From an uncultured Coprobacillus sp. (GTDB lineage: Bacteria > Bacillota_I > Bacilli_A > ML615J-28 > CAG-698), in the NCBI GenBank assembly GCA_964389905.1, contig CAYMGD010000002.1:2843-66842 (forward strand): a DNA stretch of 64,000 nucleotides, given 5' to 3'. Positions 39,431-49,058 of this stretch are shown here, in pieces. Under the pieces are notes generated by a model. The model was not told the DNA's origin and did not search any database. It was given only the letters and a program-made list of their open reading frames with translations. Numbering within the stretch: the first letter of the stretch is position 1; every line of letters begins with the position of its first letter. A program made the position numbers and the translations under genes.

Positions 39431-39478
39431 TTCCACATAAATACAGAATCTTTTGTGCTTCAATTCCACATAAATACA
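39431..39478. repeat. two perfect 15-bp direct repeats TTCCACATAAATACA
   Basis: Copies at 39431-39445 and 39464-39478, 33 bp apart start to start, in the intergenic region upstream of the AAA ATPase gene. Confidence 0.8.
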
Positions 39479-39543
39479 AAATTCACTAATACATTTATGA
39501 AAAAAAGAGCCATAGCGGCTCTAATTATCTTGGATAATTTATT

Positions 39544-39996
39544 TTATTTAATTGATTTTACAATTCCTTTGATTTCACTTGCATGTAATACTGTTAATGG
39601 AATAATTAAACAGTTTCCTTTTGCATATCCATTTTCTTCTAAGGCTTCGTATACTTCATTGATATCTTCACTATTTTTTACATCGCTTACAATACCTTTG
39701 ATTGTATCACTACTTTCATATGCTTCTACCATTTTTTCTGTTGATTTGAATTCAATTATTAAAGCATTGTTAGTAAGTTCTCCGTTTTTGCAAAGTAAAT
39801 GTAATTCAACTGCAAAATCATCTTTCTCTAATTCTTCTTTAATTTTCTTTGTAACTGAATCTAAATCTTTATTTTCAGTATAATCTTCTTTTTCAAATGC
39901 TTTCTTTACAGTATTGTAACTTGAGCATCCTACTAAGAATAATGCACATACAGCAACAAGGACTAAGCCTAACATTTTAAACATCATTTTTTTCAT
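39544..39996 (-). CDS. lipoprotein, function unknown
   Basis: 150 aa. Signal peptide with lipobox LVGC. Confidence 0.65.
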   Translation of the reverse strand: MKKMMFKMLGLVLVAVCALFLVGCSSYNTVKKAFEKEDYTENKDLDSVTKKIKEELEKDDFAVELHLLCKNGELTNNALIIEFKSTEKMVEAYESSDTIKGIVSDVKNSEDINEVYEALEENGYAKGNCLIIPLTVLHASEIKGIVKSIK

Positions 39997-40205
39997 ATTG
40001 CAATTCTCCTTTACCTTTTTATAAGTTTAATATTCCAAGATAATTTTGTAATCTAATTATACATTATTTTAATTACCTTTTTCAATATATTTTTTTTATT
40101 TTTCTACTAATCTTAAAAAGTGTAAATAATTTCATTTATTTCTTTAATTACTTTTTTAGTAAAAGTAAAACCTATCATTTTTCAACGATAGGTTTATATC
40201 ATAAT

Positions 40206-40526
40206 TTATTTGTTTTTTAGATTTATTTTCTTTCCTTCAGGATATTTTTTTAAATTCTTTATTAGTTTACTTTCAATGATTTCATCGATATCAAAGTCAT
40301 AATAATCAGCAAACATTACTGCATACATTAATATATCCGCGAGTTCTTCTTGCATATGTTCTTTTCTGTCGACTCTATCAACATCTTCTTTGCTCCACTG
40401 ATATATTTCTAATAACTCAGAGGCTTCAAGAGAAATAGAAATTGCTAGGTCTTTGCCAGAATGATATTGTTTCCAGTCCCTTGAATCTCTAAACTCTAAT
40501 ATTTTGTCTATTGTTTCTTTTTTCAT
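40206..40526 (-). CDS. MazG-like nucleotide pyrophosphohydrolase
   Basis: 106 aa. DWKQYHSGKDLAISISLEASELLE...EELADILMY matches the small MazG/YpjD-type family. Confidence 0.7.
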   Translation of the reverse strand: MKKETIDKILEFRDSRDWKQYHSGKDLAISISLEASELLEIYQWSKEDVDRVDRKEHMQEELADILMYAVMFADYYDFDIDEIIESKLIKNLKKYPEGKKINLKNK

Positions 40527-42241
40527 TAGTCTTCCTTTTCAGATATGTAAACATCTATTCTTCCGCTTCCAGCAGTTGTTCCATAATTAACTGTAAAACC
40601 AGCATACTTTTTGGCAAGTGGTGAATTTGAAGCATCTATGATATGGTTTTCAAAACCATTGATATAATTTGCTAATACCATATAGTCTTCCATAACATAA
40701 TCTAATAGATTTACAGCATCATCAAACATTGCAAAACCATCACCAAGATCTCTTAATGTGTAGTTATATCCTGCAAGATTATAATAAGCATTAACATCTA
40801 AGTCGTTCCATTCGTTAGTTTCTTTGTTATATATTTTCACATCACAAACGCGATATTCTCCTGTTGGTCCACCAATCCATACGCCTTTTTCATCTTTTTG
40901 TGTTGTGTCTGGTATTGCTGGATTTATTTTATATGTTAAACCTGAGACTTGAAGGAAGCCACCATTTTCGTTTACACCAACATCTTTAGCGCCCCATTCC
41001 AATGCATCAAGAAGTTGTTGTCCTGTTACTCGTTGTAAACATGCCACATTTCCAAAGGTATGGATTTCTTTGCATGTACGATATGTGACATCTCCAGTAA
41101 TAGCTTTATTACGAGTTCCTCCACCATTCATTATGGCAACATCTACATCCATTCCCATATTATCAAATAGATAATAAAGAGCATCTGCAGCAAAATCGCC
41201 TGAGTTTGTTTCTTGACTACGTACTAATCTATTGCCTTCAGAATCATAATTATCAAGTGTTACACTGGCAGAGCCAATTACTGTGCCTAATTTTTCTTCA
41301 ATTTCATTAATCCAGTTTTCCTCAATTGTTTTTACGCTTTCACTTGGTGTTTGTTCTGATAAATCTTCTTTTGAAAGAAGTTCAGTTTTGATTGTATCAT
41401 CAGCTATTGTCATTTTGCCAATAGCACCAAAGTATTCTCCTGTTTGCGTTAAAACTACTTTGTTTCCTGCTTTATCTGTTACTTCTTTCATTTCAACTGT
41501 TGAATGAGAATGGCCATCAATAAAAGCATCTAGTCCAGTTGTATTACGAATAACATCCTCTGAGCGCCATGGTGCTGAAGATTTATCAATACCTAAATGT
41601 CCCAAAGCAATAACAACATCAGCTTCTTTTGTTGCTGAATTGATTGTTTTTTGAACTGTATTATACAAAGCACTTCCATCAGTTCCCCCAGCTATACCAT
41701 AAATATAATTTCCATTTTCATCTTGGAAATATGCTGGAGTTGATGAAGTAAATGTTTCAGGAGTAGTAATACCTATTATTGCAATTTTTACATCCCCAAC
41801 TTCAAATACTTTATAAGGATCAACAACAGTATCTTTGATTACTCCGTTTTCCTCATGATAGAAATTACATGAAACATATGGAAAGCTTGCCCATTCAACT
41901 GCTTGTAAACATCCTTCCATACCATAATCAAACTCATGATTACCAAATGTTGCTAAATCATATCCTGCAGCATTCATTAATTTTATAATGCTTTCTCCTT
42001 TATCCATTGAACCATATGCAGTTCCTTGAATATGATCACCTGCATCTACTAATAAAACATTTTCATATGTAGCTTTCAATGAAGCTATATCAGAATATTG
42101 AATGTCACCATCAATATAAGTATGCACGTCATTTGTATAAAGAATAACTACTTCTTCTGTTTCTTCTATTGGTTTTTCTTTACATCCAATGAAGCAAAGA
42201 CATAATAATAATATCATTATGCTGATAAATCTTTTTTTCAT
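40526..42241 (-). CDS. bifunctional metallophosphatase/5'-nucleotidase lipoprotein
   Basis: 571 aa. Lipobox FIGC and metallophosphoesterase motifs NDVHTY, GDHIQG, GNHEFD. Confidence 0.85.
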   Translation of the reverse strand: MKKRFISIMILLLCLCFIGCKEKPIEETEEVVILYTNDVHTYIDGDIQYSDIASLKATYENVLLVDAGDHIQGTAYGSMDKGESIIKLMNAAGYDLATFGNHEFDYGMEGCLQAVEWASFPYVSCNFYHEENGVIKDTVVDPYKVFEVGDVKIAIIGITTPETFTSSTPAYFQDENGNYIYGIAGGTDGSALYNTVQKTINSATKEADVVIALGHLGIDKSSAPWRSEDVIRNTTGLDAFIDGHSHSTVEMKEVTDKAGNKVVLTQTGEYFGAIGKMTIADDTIKTELLSKEDLSEQTPSESVKTIEENWINEIEEKLGTVIGSASVTLDNYDSEGNRLVRSQETNSGDFAADALYYLFDNMGMDVDVAIMNGGGTRNKAITGDVTYRTCKEIHTFGNVACLQRVTGQQLLDALEWGAKDVGVNENGGFLQVSGLTYKINPAIPDTTQKDEKGVWIGGPTGEYRVCDVKIYNKETNEWNDLDVNAYYNLAGYNYTLRDLGDGFAMFDDAVNLLDYVMEDYMVLANYINGFENHIIDASNSPLAKKYAGFTVNYGTTAGSGRIDVYISEKED

Positions 42242-42531
42242 TTTTACTTTCTCCTCATTTACTAAATTAGATAATTTTTATAGATGTTATCTATTAAAAA
42301 TTATATCACAAAAAATAAAAGATGACTACTTTTGTAAACGTTTTGATATTAAAATGTTTAAATTGAATATTTTTAAGTAATTTTAAAATATGAAATAATA
42401 AAAAATAGTAATGGAGTTTCTAACAAATAAATGCATAACATTATTCAAAAAAAGTATAGATTTATCTAAAAAAGAGCATTTACTTATAAATTTTAAAGTG
42501 CTATAATGTAATTAAAGAAAGGACTGATAAT

Positions 42532-43329
42532 ATGAATTTTAAAGATAAAGTAATTATTATAACTGGCGCTGGTAGAAGCGTTTTAAGCGATGGAAAATGT
42601 GGATCAATTGGTTATGGTATTGCAACTGCCTTTGCTAAAGAAGGAGCAAACCTTGTTATAACTGGAAGAAATGTTACAAAACTTGAAGAAGCAAAAAAAG
42701 AATTAGAAGAAAAATATAACATAAAGGTTCTTGCTCTTCAAGCTGATGTTAGTGCAAACAATGATAATGAGAAAGTTGTACAACATGTAATTGATGAAAC
42801 TATTAAAACATTTAATCGTATCGATGTTTTAATTAATAATGCTCAAGCAAGTGCTAGTGGTGTAGAACTTGCCAACCATACAACAGACCAATTCAATTTA
42901 GCAATGTACTCAGGATTATATGCCACATTCTATTATATGAAGTATGCTTTCCCTTATTTAAAAGAAACAAAAGGAAGCGTAATCAACTTTGCAAGTGGTG
43001 CTGGTTTATTTGGAAACTTTGGTCAAGCATCATATGCAGCTAGTAAAGAAGGCATCAGAGGCTTAAGTAGAGTTGCCGCAAATGAATGGATTAGATATGG
43101 TGTAAACGTAAATGTGGTTTGTCCTTTAGCATGGACTAGTCAACTAGAAAAATTCAAAGAAGCTTATCCAGAAGCGTATAAAGCGAATGTTCACATTCCT
43201 CCAATTGGTCATATCGGCGACGCTGAAACAGAAATTGGAAGAGTTTGTGTTCAACTAGCTTCACCTGATTTCAAATATATGACAGGTGAAACAATCACAT
43301 TAGAAGGTGGTTTAGGTTTAAGACCATAA
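42532..43329 (+). CDS. short-chain dehydrogenase/reductase (SDR) family oxidoreductase
   Basis: 265 aa. TGAGRS...GIG cofactor motif and catalytic YAASK. Confidence 0.85.
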   Translation: MNFKDKVIIITGAGRSVLSDGKCGSIGYGIATAFAKEGANLVITGRNVTKLEEAKKELEEKYNIKVLALQADVSANNDNEKVVQHVIDETIKTFNRIDVLINNAQASASGVELANHTTDQFNLAMYSGLYATFYYMKYAFPYLKETKGSVINFASGAGLFGNFGQASYAASKEGIRGLSRVAANEWIRYGVNVNVVCPLAWTSQLEKFKEAYPEAYKANVHIPPIGHIGDAETEIGRVCVQLASPDFKYMTGETITLEGGLGLRP

Positions 43330-43343
43330 ATTTGTATTTAAAC

Positions 43344-43379
43344 GCTTTTATATCTATTAGATATAAAGGTGTTTTTTTA
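43344..43379 (+). terminator. rho-independent terminator after the SDR gene
   Basis: CTTTTATATCTA / TAGATATAAAGG hairpin followed by a T-run. Confidence 0.7.
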
Positions 43380-43423
43380 TTTTACATAGTTCAAACATTC
43401 TTTAACGTAATATTTTGAACTTC

Positions 43424-43473
43424 AAAAAAAATCCTAATACTTTTAAACTTAATTTACAGTTTATATTAGGATT
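43424..43473 (-). terminator. terminator after the fragmented restriction-enzyme gene
   Basis: On the minus strand: AATCCTAATA ... TATTAGGATT stem followed by TTTTTTTT. Confidence 0.5.
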
Positions 43474-43510
43474 AACTTTTAAATATGTTTTATCTTTACT
43501 ATAATATATT

Positions 43511-44555
43511 TTATTTTTTATATCTCAACTGTATATTTAATGTAAAATATATTTTATTATCCTGTGGCGTCTTATATAATTTAATCATCCCATATCTTGA
43601 AGTACTCGGTGAATCAAATTTAGTTTCCTTTACTATATATTTCAAAACTTCGTTTCTGAAATACACTAAATCAAGTATAACTACTGTACCATCGTCTTTA
43701 ACAATAACTAGACCCCCATTTACAGAATTATAACCATTCCATTTAGTTCCTGGAACAAATCCAAAGCTTATACCTTCCATAAAATCTGTTAATTTCTTTA
43801 AAGCAAGTGCCTTATCATAAAAATTGTTACCTTTTATAAAACAATTTGATAAATCTTTTCCCCTTTATATGACTCTAAAAGTGCATTTCCTAAATATAAT
43901 GGCAGATTGGAGTCAATCATTCTTAAATTATAATCAAAAGTCTCAGAACAAACTTTTTTGAATCTGATAATTCCTCCTCTTTTTTGTATTTCTTCTAACC
44001 TATCTAAAAGTTTTGTTCGTGTATTTATTGAATTTATTTCGTCAATACATTCATCACTCAATCCAATTATTTCATACAAAAAATTCGTGTTTTGACTTGA
44101 GTTAAGCATAGTTGCTGGACTTCCTAAAGATGACTTAATGCTATATTTAAGTACTTTTCTGACCCTAATCTTGCATCTAAAACAGTAGCTTCCATATCTT
44201 GTTTGTTCATAGATTTCGATTTTATTGGGAAACCCTTTGACATTTTAATAAGTAAGTCGTTAATATTACTGAGTTCAAACGATCCACTACCTTTAGGTGC
44301 ATTTTTTATTGCTTCATATATCTTATTTTTGCTTTCTATCGATTCTATTTGTGTAATCAAATTATCAAAATCATTATTTAAATATACCTCTACATCACCA
44401 TTATCGTTTAATTCATATTCAGTTATACCTATATTTGGATAAACTCTTATCTTTTTAAGTTTATATAATTCATGTGTAATCTCTTCTAATTCAGAGTTAC
44501 CAATAGATAATTCAGACAAAAAAGCATTGATAGTATTGCATATATTTCTGACCAC
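43511..44555 (-). pseudogene. fragmented type II restriction endonuclease gene (HpaII-like family assignment is tentative)
   Basis: Three consecutive co-linear ORFs (44124-44555, 43834-44109, 43511-43780) sit in different frames and together make about 350 codons, directly downstream of the C5-methyltransferase. The family call is from memory of the C-terminal sequence only. Confidence 0.5.
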
Positions 44556-44564
44556 TCGCCTCTA

Positions 44565-45469
44565 TTAAACAAACTCATTCATTTTCCCTCCTTGTAACAC
44601 TTTTATCATTTCAGCTCCAACTGCTTGAACAGCTGGGATAGCAACTGAATTTCCTAGTTGTTTCATTGCTGCAGATTTAGAAACAGGAAATACAAAATCA
44701 TCTGGAAATCCTTGCATTCTTTTTCCTTCTTTGGGGCCTATTCGTCTTTCTTTTCCATCAACTATATATCCATCCCAATTTCTCCTATCATTAATTGGTG
44801 AATTTTTTCCACCAACTCTTAATGTAAAACCAATTTCTTTATTAACAACCGCACCATCAAATACCCAGTTCATATTTTTAGTCAAAGGTATGGGATTTGG
44901 AAAAACAAAAGACGAATCGTCAATATCATTTCTAAAACAAACCATATACAGTCTAGGCCTATTTTGAGGACAATTAAAATCAGAAGCTTTAACAATTTGA
45001 TGATGAAAATTATATCCTAGTTCCAAAATAGTATTTTTAATCACCTCAAAAGTTTTTCCACCATTATGAGTGAAAAGTCCTCTCACATTTTCCAAAAATA
45101 CTACTTTAGGCTTTTTTCCTTCATTATACTAGCAACATTAAAAAACAAAGTTCCCCTAGTATCTTCAAATCCTTTTTTCTGCCCTGCTTGAGAAAATGGT
45201 TGACATGGAAATCCTGCACACAATACATCATGGTCTGGTATATCACTTGGAGTAACCTTGGTTATATCGCCAACATAATACTTATCATTTTCAAAAATTT
45301 TAGGACATATTTTAATAAAATTTGTTTTGTAAGTTTTTCGACAATCCGAATCCAATTCCGACGCAAAAACACATTTTCCACCGAGATTATCCATAGCTAT
45401 ATGAAATCCACCAATTCCAGCAAACAAATCTATAAATGCAAATGTCTTCACTTTTATCACCTTCTTCAA
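44565..45469 (-). pseudogene. DNA (cytosine-5)-methyltransferase, disrupted by a -1 frameshift in an A-run
   Basis: Motif I FIDLFAGIGGF and motif IV GFPCQPFS are in ORF 45101-45469. Motif VI ENVRGL and downstream blocks are in ORF 44565-45095. The A6 run at 45112-45117 reads ...MKEKSLK*. One extra A would give the canonical ...MKEKKPKVVFLENVRGL. Confidence 0.85.
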
Positions 45470-45549
45470 ACTTAATATTCTTATGTTTATTTTCTAATAT
45501 CTATATTTTATAAAACTAACTCTTGGAAAGTACTTTTCAAAAGTATTAT

Positions 45550-46110
45550 TTATTCCTTTATTTCCCAGTGCCCACTTTTTCTAGAGCCGATTCTAATTAT
45601 TAAATCTTGTTCAATTAAATTTTTTAATGCTCTTTTTATAGTTTTCCTAGATAAATTAAGTTGTGACATCATATCATCAATAGTATAATTAGCATTTTCT
45701 TTTATCAATTCTAGTACTTTTAATGTAGATTTCGATAATTTTAAAGGCTCATTTACACTCTTATTTTGAGTTTCATTTATAGTTAATGCATTTTTATTAT
45801 ATGGTAAATTTACTTGTAAATAATTATCTGTGAAATTAAAAACTTCTTCACCATAATGATTTACTATAGTATTTATTCCTTTACCACTTTGTTCAATTAT
45901 TCCTAGTTTCATTAATATATTAGCAGTTCTGGGTTTACAGGATTTGATATTCCCATTAAAAAATCTTCTTTAGTTTGATTTTTCAAAGGATTGCCATATG
46001 AAAAAAATTCAATATGGTCATTATAAACAAAAACTGCAGGTCCTAAATGCTTAGAATAATCATTATTTTGTCTGTTATAACATCAGATATTTCTTTTAAT
46101 AGTTTATCTA
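45550..46110 (-). pseudogene. truncated and degraded copy of an AlbA_2/HATPase_c_4-type gene (C-terminal part only)
   Basis: ORF 45550-45912 (..LGIIEQSGKGI.. plus a C-terminal wHTH) corresponds to the C-terminal third of the 479-aa gene at 14984-16423. Upstream sequence to about 46110 carries out-of-frame fragments. Confidence 0.55.
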
Positions 46111-46118
46111 CATTATTT

Positions 46119-47039
46119 CTACTTTATTAAACTAATAATCGCAAAAACTATAGCAACACAAACTAAAAAGATGTATAGTCCGATAAAAATTTTGGGTACT
46201 CTTTTTTCAATCTTTGTGAATGAAACATAATTTTTTGTTCCTAGTTTTTCACTCATTATCTTCCACTCGGTGTCATAAATATTTGCATACAAGTTTTTTT
46301 CCATTTGTGATATAACTTTAATCTTAGCACCATTTAAATTGCCATATGAATCTAATAATTTATTCCAATTCAAACACAATAGAATTCCAATTAAACTAAT
46401 TATTATTGCTATCCCACAACCTACTAAATAATTATTTTTTATTGAATCAATCCCAAATATAACACCAGTGCTTGTCACAGCAATCGTTAATAATGATGTA
46501 TTTAGGGTTGTATAAAAATTTGAAACAGTTTGTCTGCGATTTAATACCTCTTCACTAGTTTCCAGATACGCTTTATATTGTTCTATTAAGCCACTGTCTT
46601 TTTTAAAAGCTATAGCTTCCTCTAAAGTCTCTTTAATATCAAAGTCATATCCGTATTTTAATATTTTAGTTAAATTATCCAAAGTAATTTTTTTAAATAA
46701 TGGTCTATCATTACTGGTAAACGAATCTACAGAAAATAATGTTTTGTTAATAATATAATTACCAGTTGGATTCAATTCATATAATAATATTTGTTTATGT
46801 TTTTTTATTGCGTAATTTATTTCATAGTCTACGTTTTTACTTTTATGCGTATTTTCTCCTAAAATATATAAAACCAAATCACAAGCTTTAATTTTGTATT
46901 TTGCTTCTTTTTTCCAAGATCTAAATGTACTATCAGATTCCAATATTAGAATATCAGCATTGATTCTTTTTGTTATTTCTTTTCTTAGTTTTACAACTTC
47001 TTCAAAATTTTCACCTTTATGTATAACAAAGATTCGCAT
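46119..47039 (-). CDS. TIR-like (DUF1863/ThsB-like) domain fused to a multi-TM, SLATT-like C-terminal domain
   Basis: 306 aa with an AAGAGGA RBS. The N-terminal RIFVIH...W..EAKYKIKACDLVLYILGENTHKSKNVDYEINYAIKKHKQILLYEL fits the TIR-like pattern (W...i..sd.vivl.g..t..S.wv.wEi..A). The C-terminal half has three predicted TM helices and an NWNKLLDSYGNLNGAKIKVISQMEKNL segment. Confidence 0.65.
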   Translation of the reverse strand: MRIFVIHKGENFEEVVKLRKEITKRINADILILESDSTFRSWKKEAKYKIKACDLVLYILGENTHKSKNVDYEINYAIKKHKQILLYELNPTGNYIINKTLFSVDSFTSNDRPLFKKITLDNLTKILKYGYDFDIKETLEEAIAFKKDSGLIEQYKAYLETSEEVLNRRQTVSNFYTTLNTSLLTIAVTSTGVIFGIDSIKNNYLVGCGIAIIISLIGILLCLNWNKLLDSYGNLNGAKIKVISQMEKNLYANIYDTEWKIMSEKLGTKNYVSFTKIEKRVPKIFIGLYIFLVCVAIVFAIISLIK

Positions 47040-47189
47040 CCATTTGTCCTCTTTTCATTTTTAAAATTTTTTGTAATTATCATTGGCTTTTTTTAATTAA
47101 TTGTATCATAAATTTGTTTTTTAAGCAAATTATAAAAGCAAAAACACCGATATTTCTACCGATGTTAATTATCTTATTTTGTTAATTTT

Positions 47190-47795
47190 TTACAACTCTT
47201 CTAGTTCTCCCATAGTTATTTCATCAAATTCATCCATTTGTTTTAAAACAGCAATTAATGCTTTAATTCTTTTAGTTTGTGTATCAGTTAAATCATATTC
47301 TTCTAATATATCATTCAATATTTTTATTAAATCTTTTATGGTAATTTTGTTAGTGTCTAATGTTTTAAATTCATTTTGAAATTAGTTAATTCTTCTATTT
47401 GCATTTCACAAGGAAATTCAACATATCCATCATCATAAGAACTACCAGTTCCTTTATTAGTTACTTCTATATCAACTTGATATGATGGTTTATCAAGATT
47501 TCCCAATGATGATTTATCTATTTTAACAACATAATATCGAATTAAAAAAAATCATCAATTACAGGAAATTTATTAACATCAAATATGATAATAAATTTTT
47601 TTCCATCAAATTTTATACCATCAATTCCTATTATTTTTTTGACGTACATATATCAAATGTAACTATCATTAACGCATAATCCTCAAAAAATTCCTCATTA
47701 TAACGTTTATGAACACTAGCAAGAATTGAACTAGTTTCCTCATCATCCGTAGTAACAATATGAATATATAATGATTTAGTAACATCAGTTATCAT
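47190..47795 (-). pseudogene. gene of unknown function broken by several frameshifts
   Basis: Hand translation gives four co-linear fragments in different frames: MITDVTKSLYIHIV...; IIGIDGIKFDGKKF...; ...YQVDIEVTNKGTGSSYDDGYVEF...; ...KRIKALIAVLKQMDEFDEITMGELEEL*. Two of the breaks coincide with A7 and T8 homopolymer runs. Confidence 0.5.
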
Positions 47796-47815
47796 TTGTT
47801 ATAATAAACATAAAT

Positions 47816-47844
47816 AAAAGCACCTACCATTTTTGATAGATGCT
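47816..47844 (-). terminator. terminator hairpin after the Fic-like gene (copy 1 of a duplicated element)
   Basis: On the minus strand: GCATCTA-TCAAAAATGG-TAGGTGC followed by TTTTATTT. It is nearly identical to 59020-59047. Confidence 0.6.
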
Positions 47845-47888
47845 CTCATAGATCTAGATAAAATTAGTGTTTGTCAATATCAAATAAT

Positions 47889-48833
47889 TTATGAATTAAT
47901 TGTCTTCCAACAATTCTTTTTCATAAATTCTGCAATTATTGATATATCTCCACCATCATAATATTTCACAAGCAGTTTTTTAAATTCAGTAACTTCTCTT
48001 TCTGGAATGACTAAAAATCCACCACCATGAGCTATTAAATAGTGATTAGCAAAAATAACGGATGCCCTCTTGTTTCCATCAAGAAATATTTGTGTCTTCA
48101 TACAATAAAGACATAACTCAATAGCTATATCAATTGCATCCTTTTCTTTAAGTTCTATTTCTTGAATTTTTTCTTTCACATCAAATTCGTTAGGAAGTGG
48201 AGGAATATATGAAGAACCACCAATTGTGACAGGCACTCCACGAATACGACCACCCTCAGCAAAGAAGCCTTCATTAACAAGTTTTGCTATATGGCACAGC
48301 ATGTAATAACCGCTTTTACTTGCTATAACATCTCTATCAAGTATGAATTCCCAAGCGTGTTTTAAGTTTAATATTTTTTGAACATCAGTAGCTGTCATGC
48401 CATTTACTTTTCCATTTTCTATGATTTCTTCTGTTTGAGGAAAAGATGTTGCAACACCTTCTAAAACTGCTTGATCATAAATATTCATCTTCATATTGGC
48501 TCTAGCAAATGCAATGTTATTTACCACATCAGCAGAAAGTTCATCCTCTGAATATCCCAATGAAGCAAGTTTTTTTTCAATTTCACGTAAACCTTTTCTA
48601 ATTTCACGAGCCTCTTTTGCATTTTTTAAAAGAAGATTATAAAGTTCATCCGTGTATAATCCAACATAGGTCGATGTTAATCTTCCTGCAACTCTTTTTC
48701 TAATATATAGATATTTTCCATCACCTTTTTGTTTAACTTCGGGTGTACCATCATAAGCCATTAGACTAAGTCTAGCATTCAAATCAGCTTTTTTTCTTAA
48801 CAATTCTTGTATATCATTAAATTTTTCAGACAT
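47889..48833 (-). CDS. Fic/Doc-family protein with Gln replacing the catalytic His (QIFLDGNKR)
   Basis: 314 aa. The motif QIFLDGNKRAS aligns to HxFx(D/E)GN(G/K)R. The codon is CAA, one substitution away from CAT or CAC. Confidence 0.7.
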   Translation of the reverse strand: MSEKFNDIQELLRKKADLNARLSLMAYDGTPEVKQKGDGKYLYIRKRVAGRLTSTYVGLYTDELYNLLLKNAKEAREIRKGLREIEKKLASLGYSEDELSADVVNNIAFARANMKMNIYDQAVLEGVATSFPQTEEIIENGKVNGMTATDVQKILNLKHAWEFILDRDVIASKSGYYMLCHIAKLVNEGFFAEGGRIRGVPVTIGGSSYIPPLPNEFDVKEKIQEIELKEKDAIDIAIELCLYCMKTQIFLDGNKRASVIFANHYLIAHGGGFLVIPEREVTEFKKLLVKYYDGGDISIIAEFMKKNCWKTINS

Positions 48834-48867
48834 CTTATTACCTCCTATAGGGAATTTTTATAGAGAC

Positions 48868-48896
48868 ATTTTATCATAATGTTCCCCAATTGTCAA
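48868..48896 (-). promoter_or_regulatory. sigma-A-type promoter of the Fic-like gene
   Basis: On the minus strand: TTGACA (48891-48896), a 17-nt spacer, then TAAAAT (48868-48873). Confidence 0.6.
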
Positions 48897-48982
48897 GAAA
48901 TATAGGGAATTATTATTAAAAATAAATATTAAAAAGTTCCCTAATTATTATTTCAAAATATAATAAACTTATTCTATTAGAC

Positions 48983-49058
48983 CATAAAATCTGATGGGAA
49001 ATTCTCTTGAAATGTGCCTATTTTGACATCAAAACACCTAAAAATGCGTGAAAAAAGC
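48983..49058. repeat. R1: ~76-bp element homologous to R2 (60532-60608)
   Basis: cataaaatctgatgggaaattctcttgaaatgtgccta... aligns with cataaaatctgatggaaattcacttgaaatatgccta... in the same orientation. By hand, roughly four-fifths of positions are identical. Confidence 0.75.
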
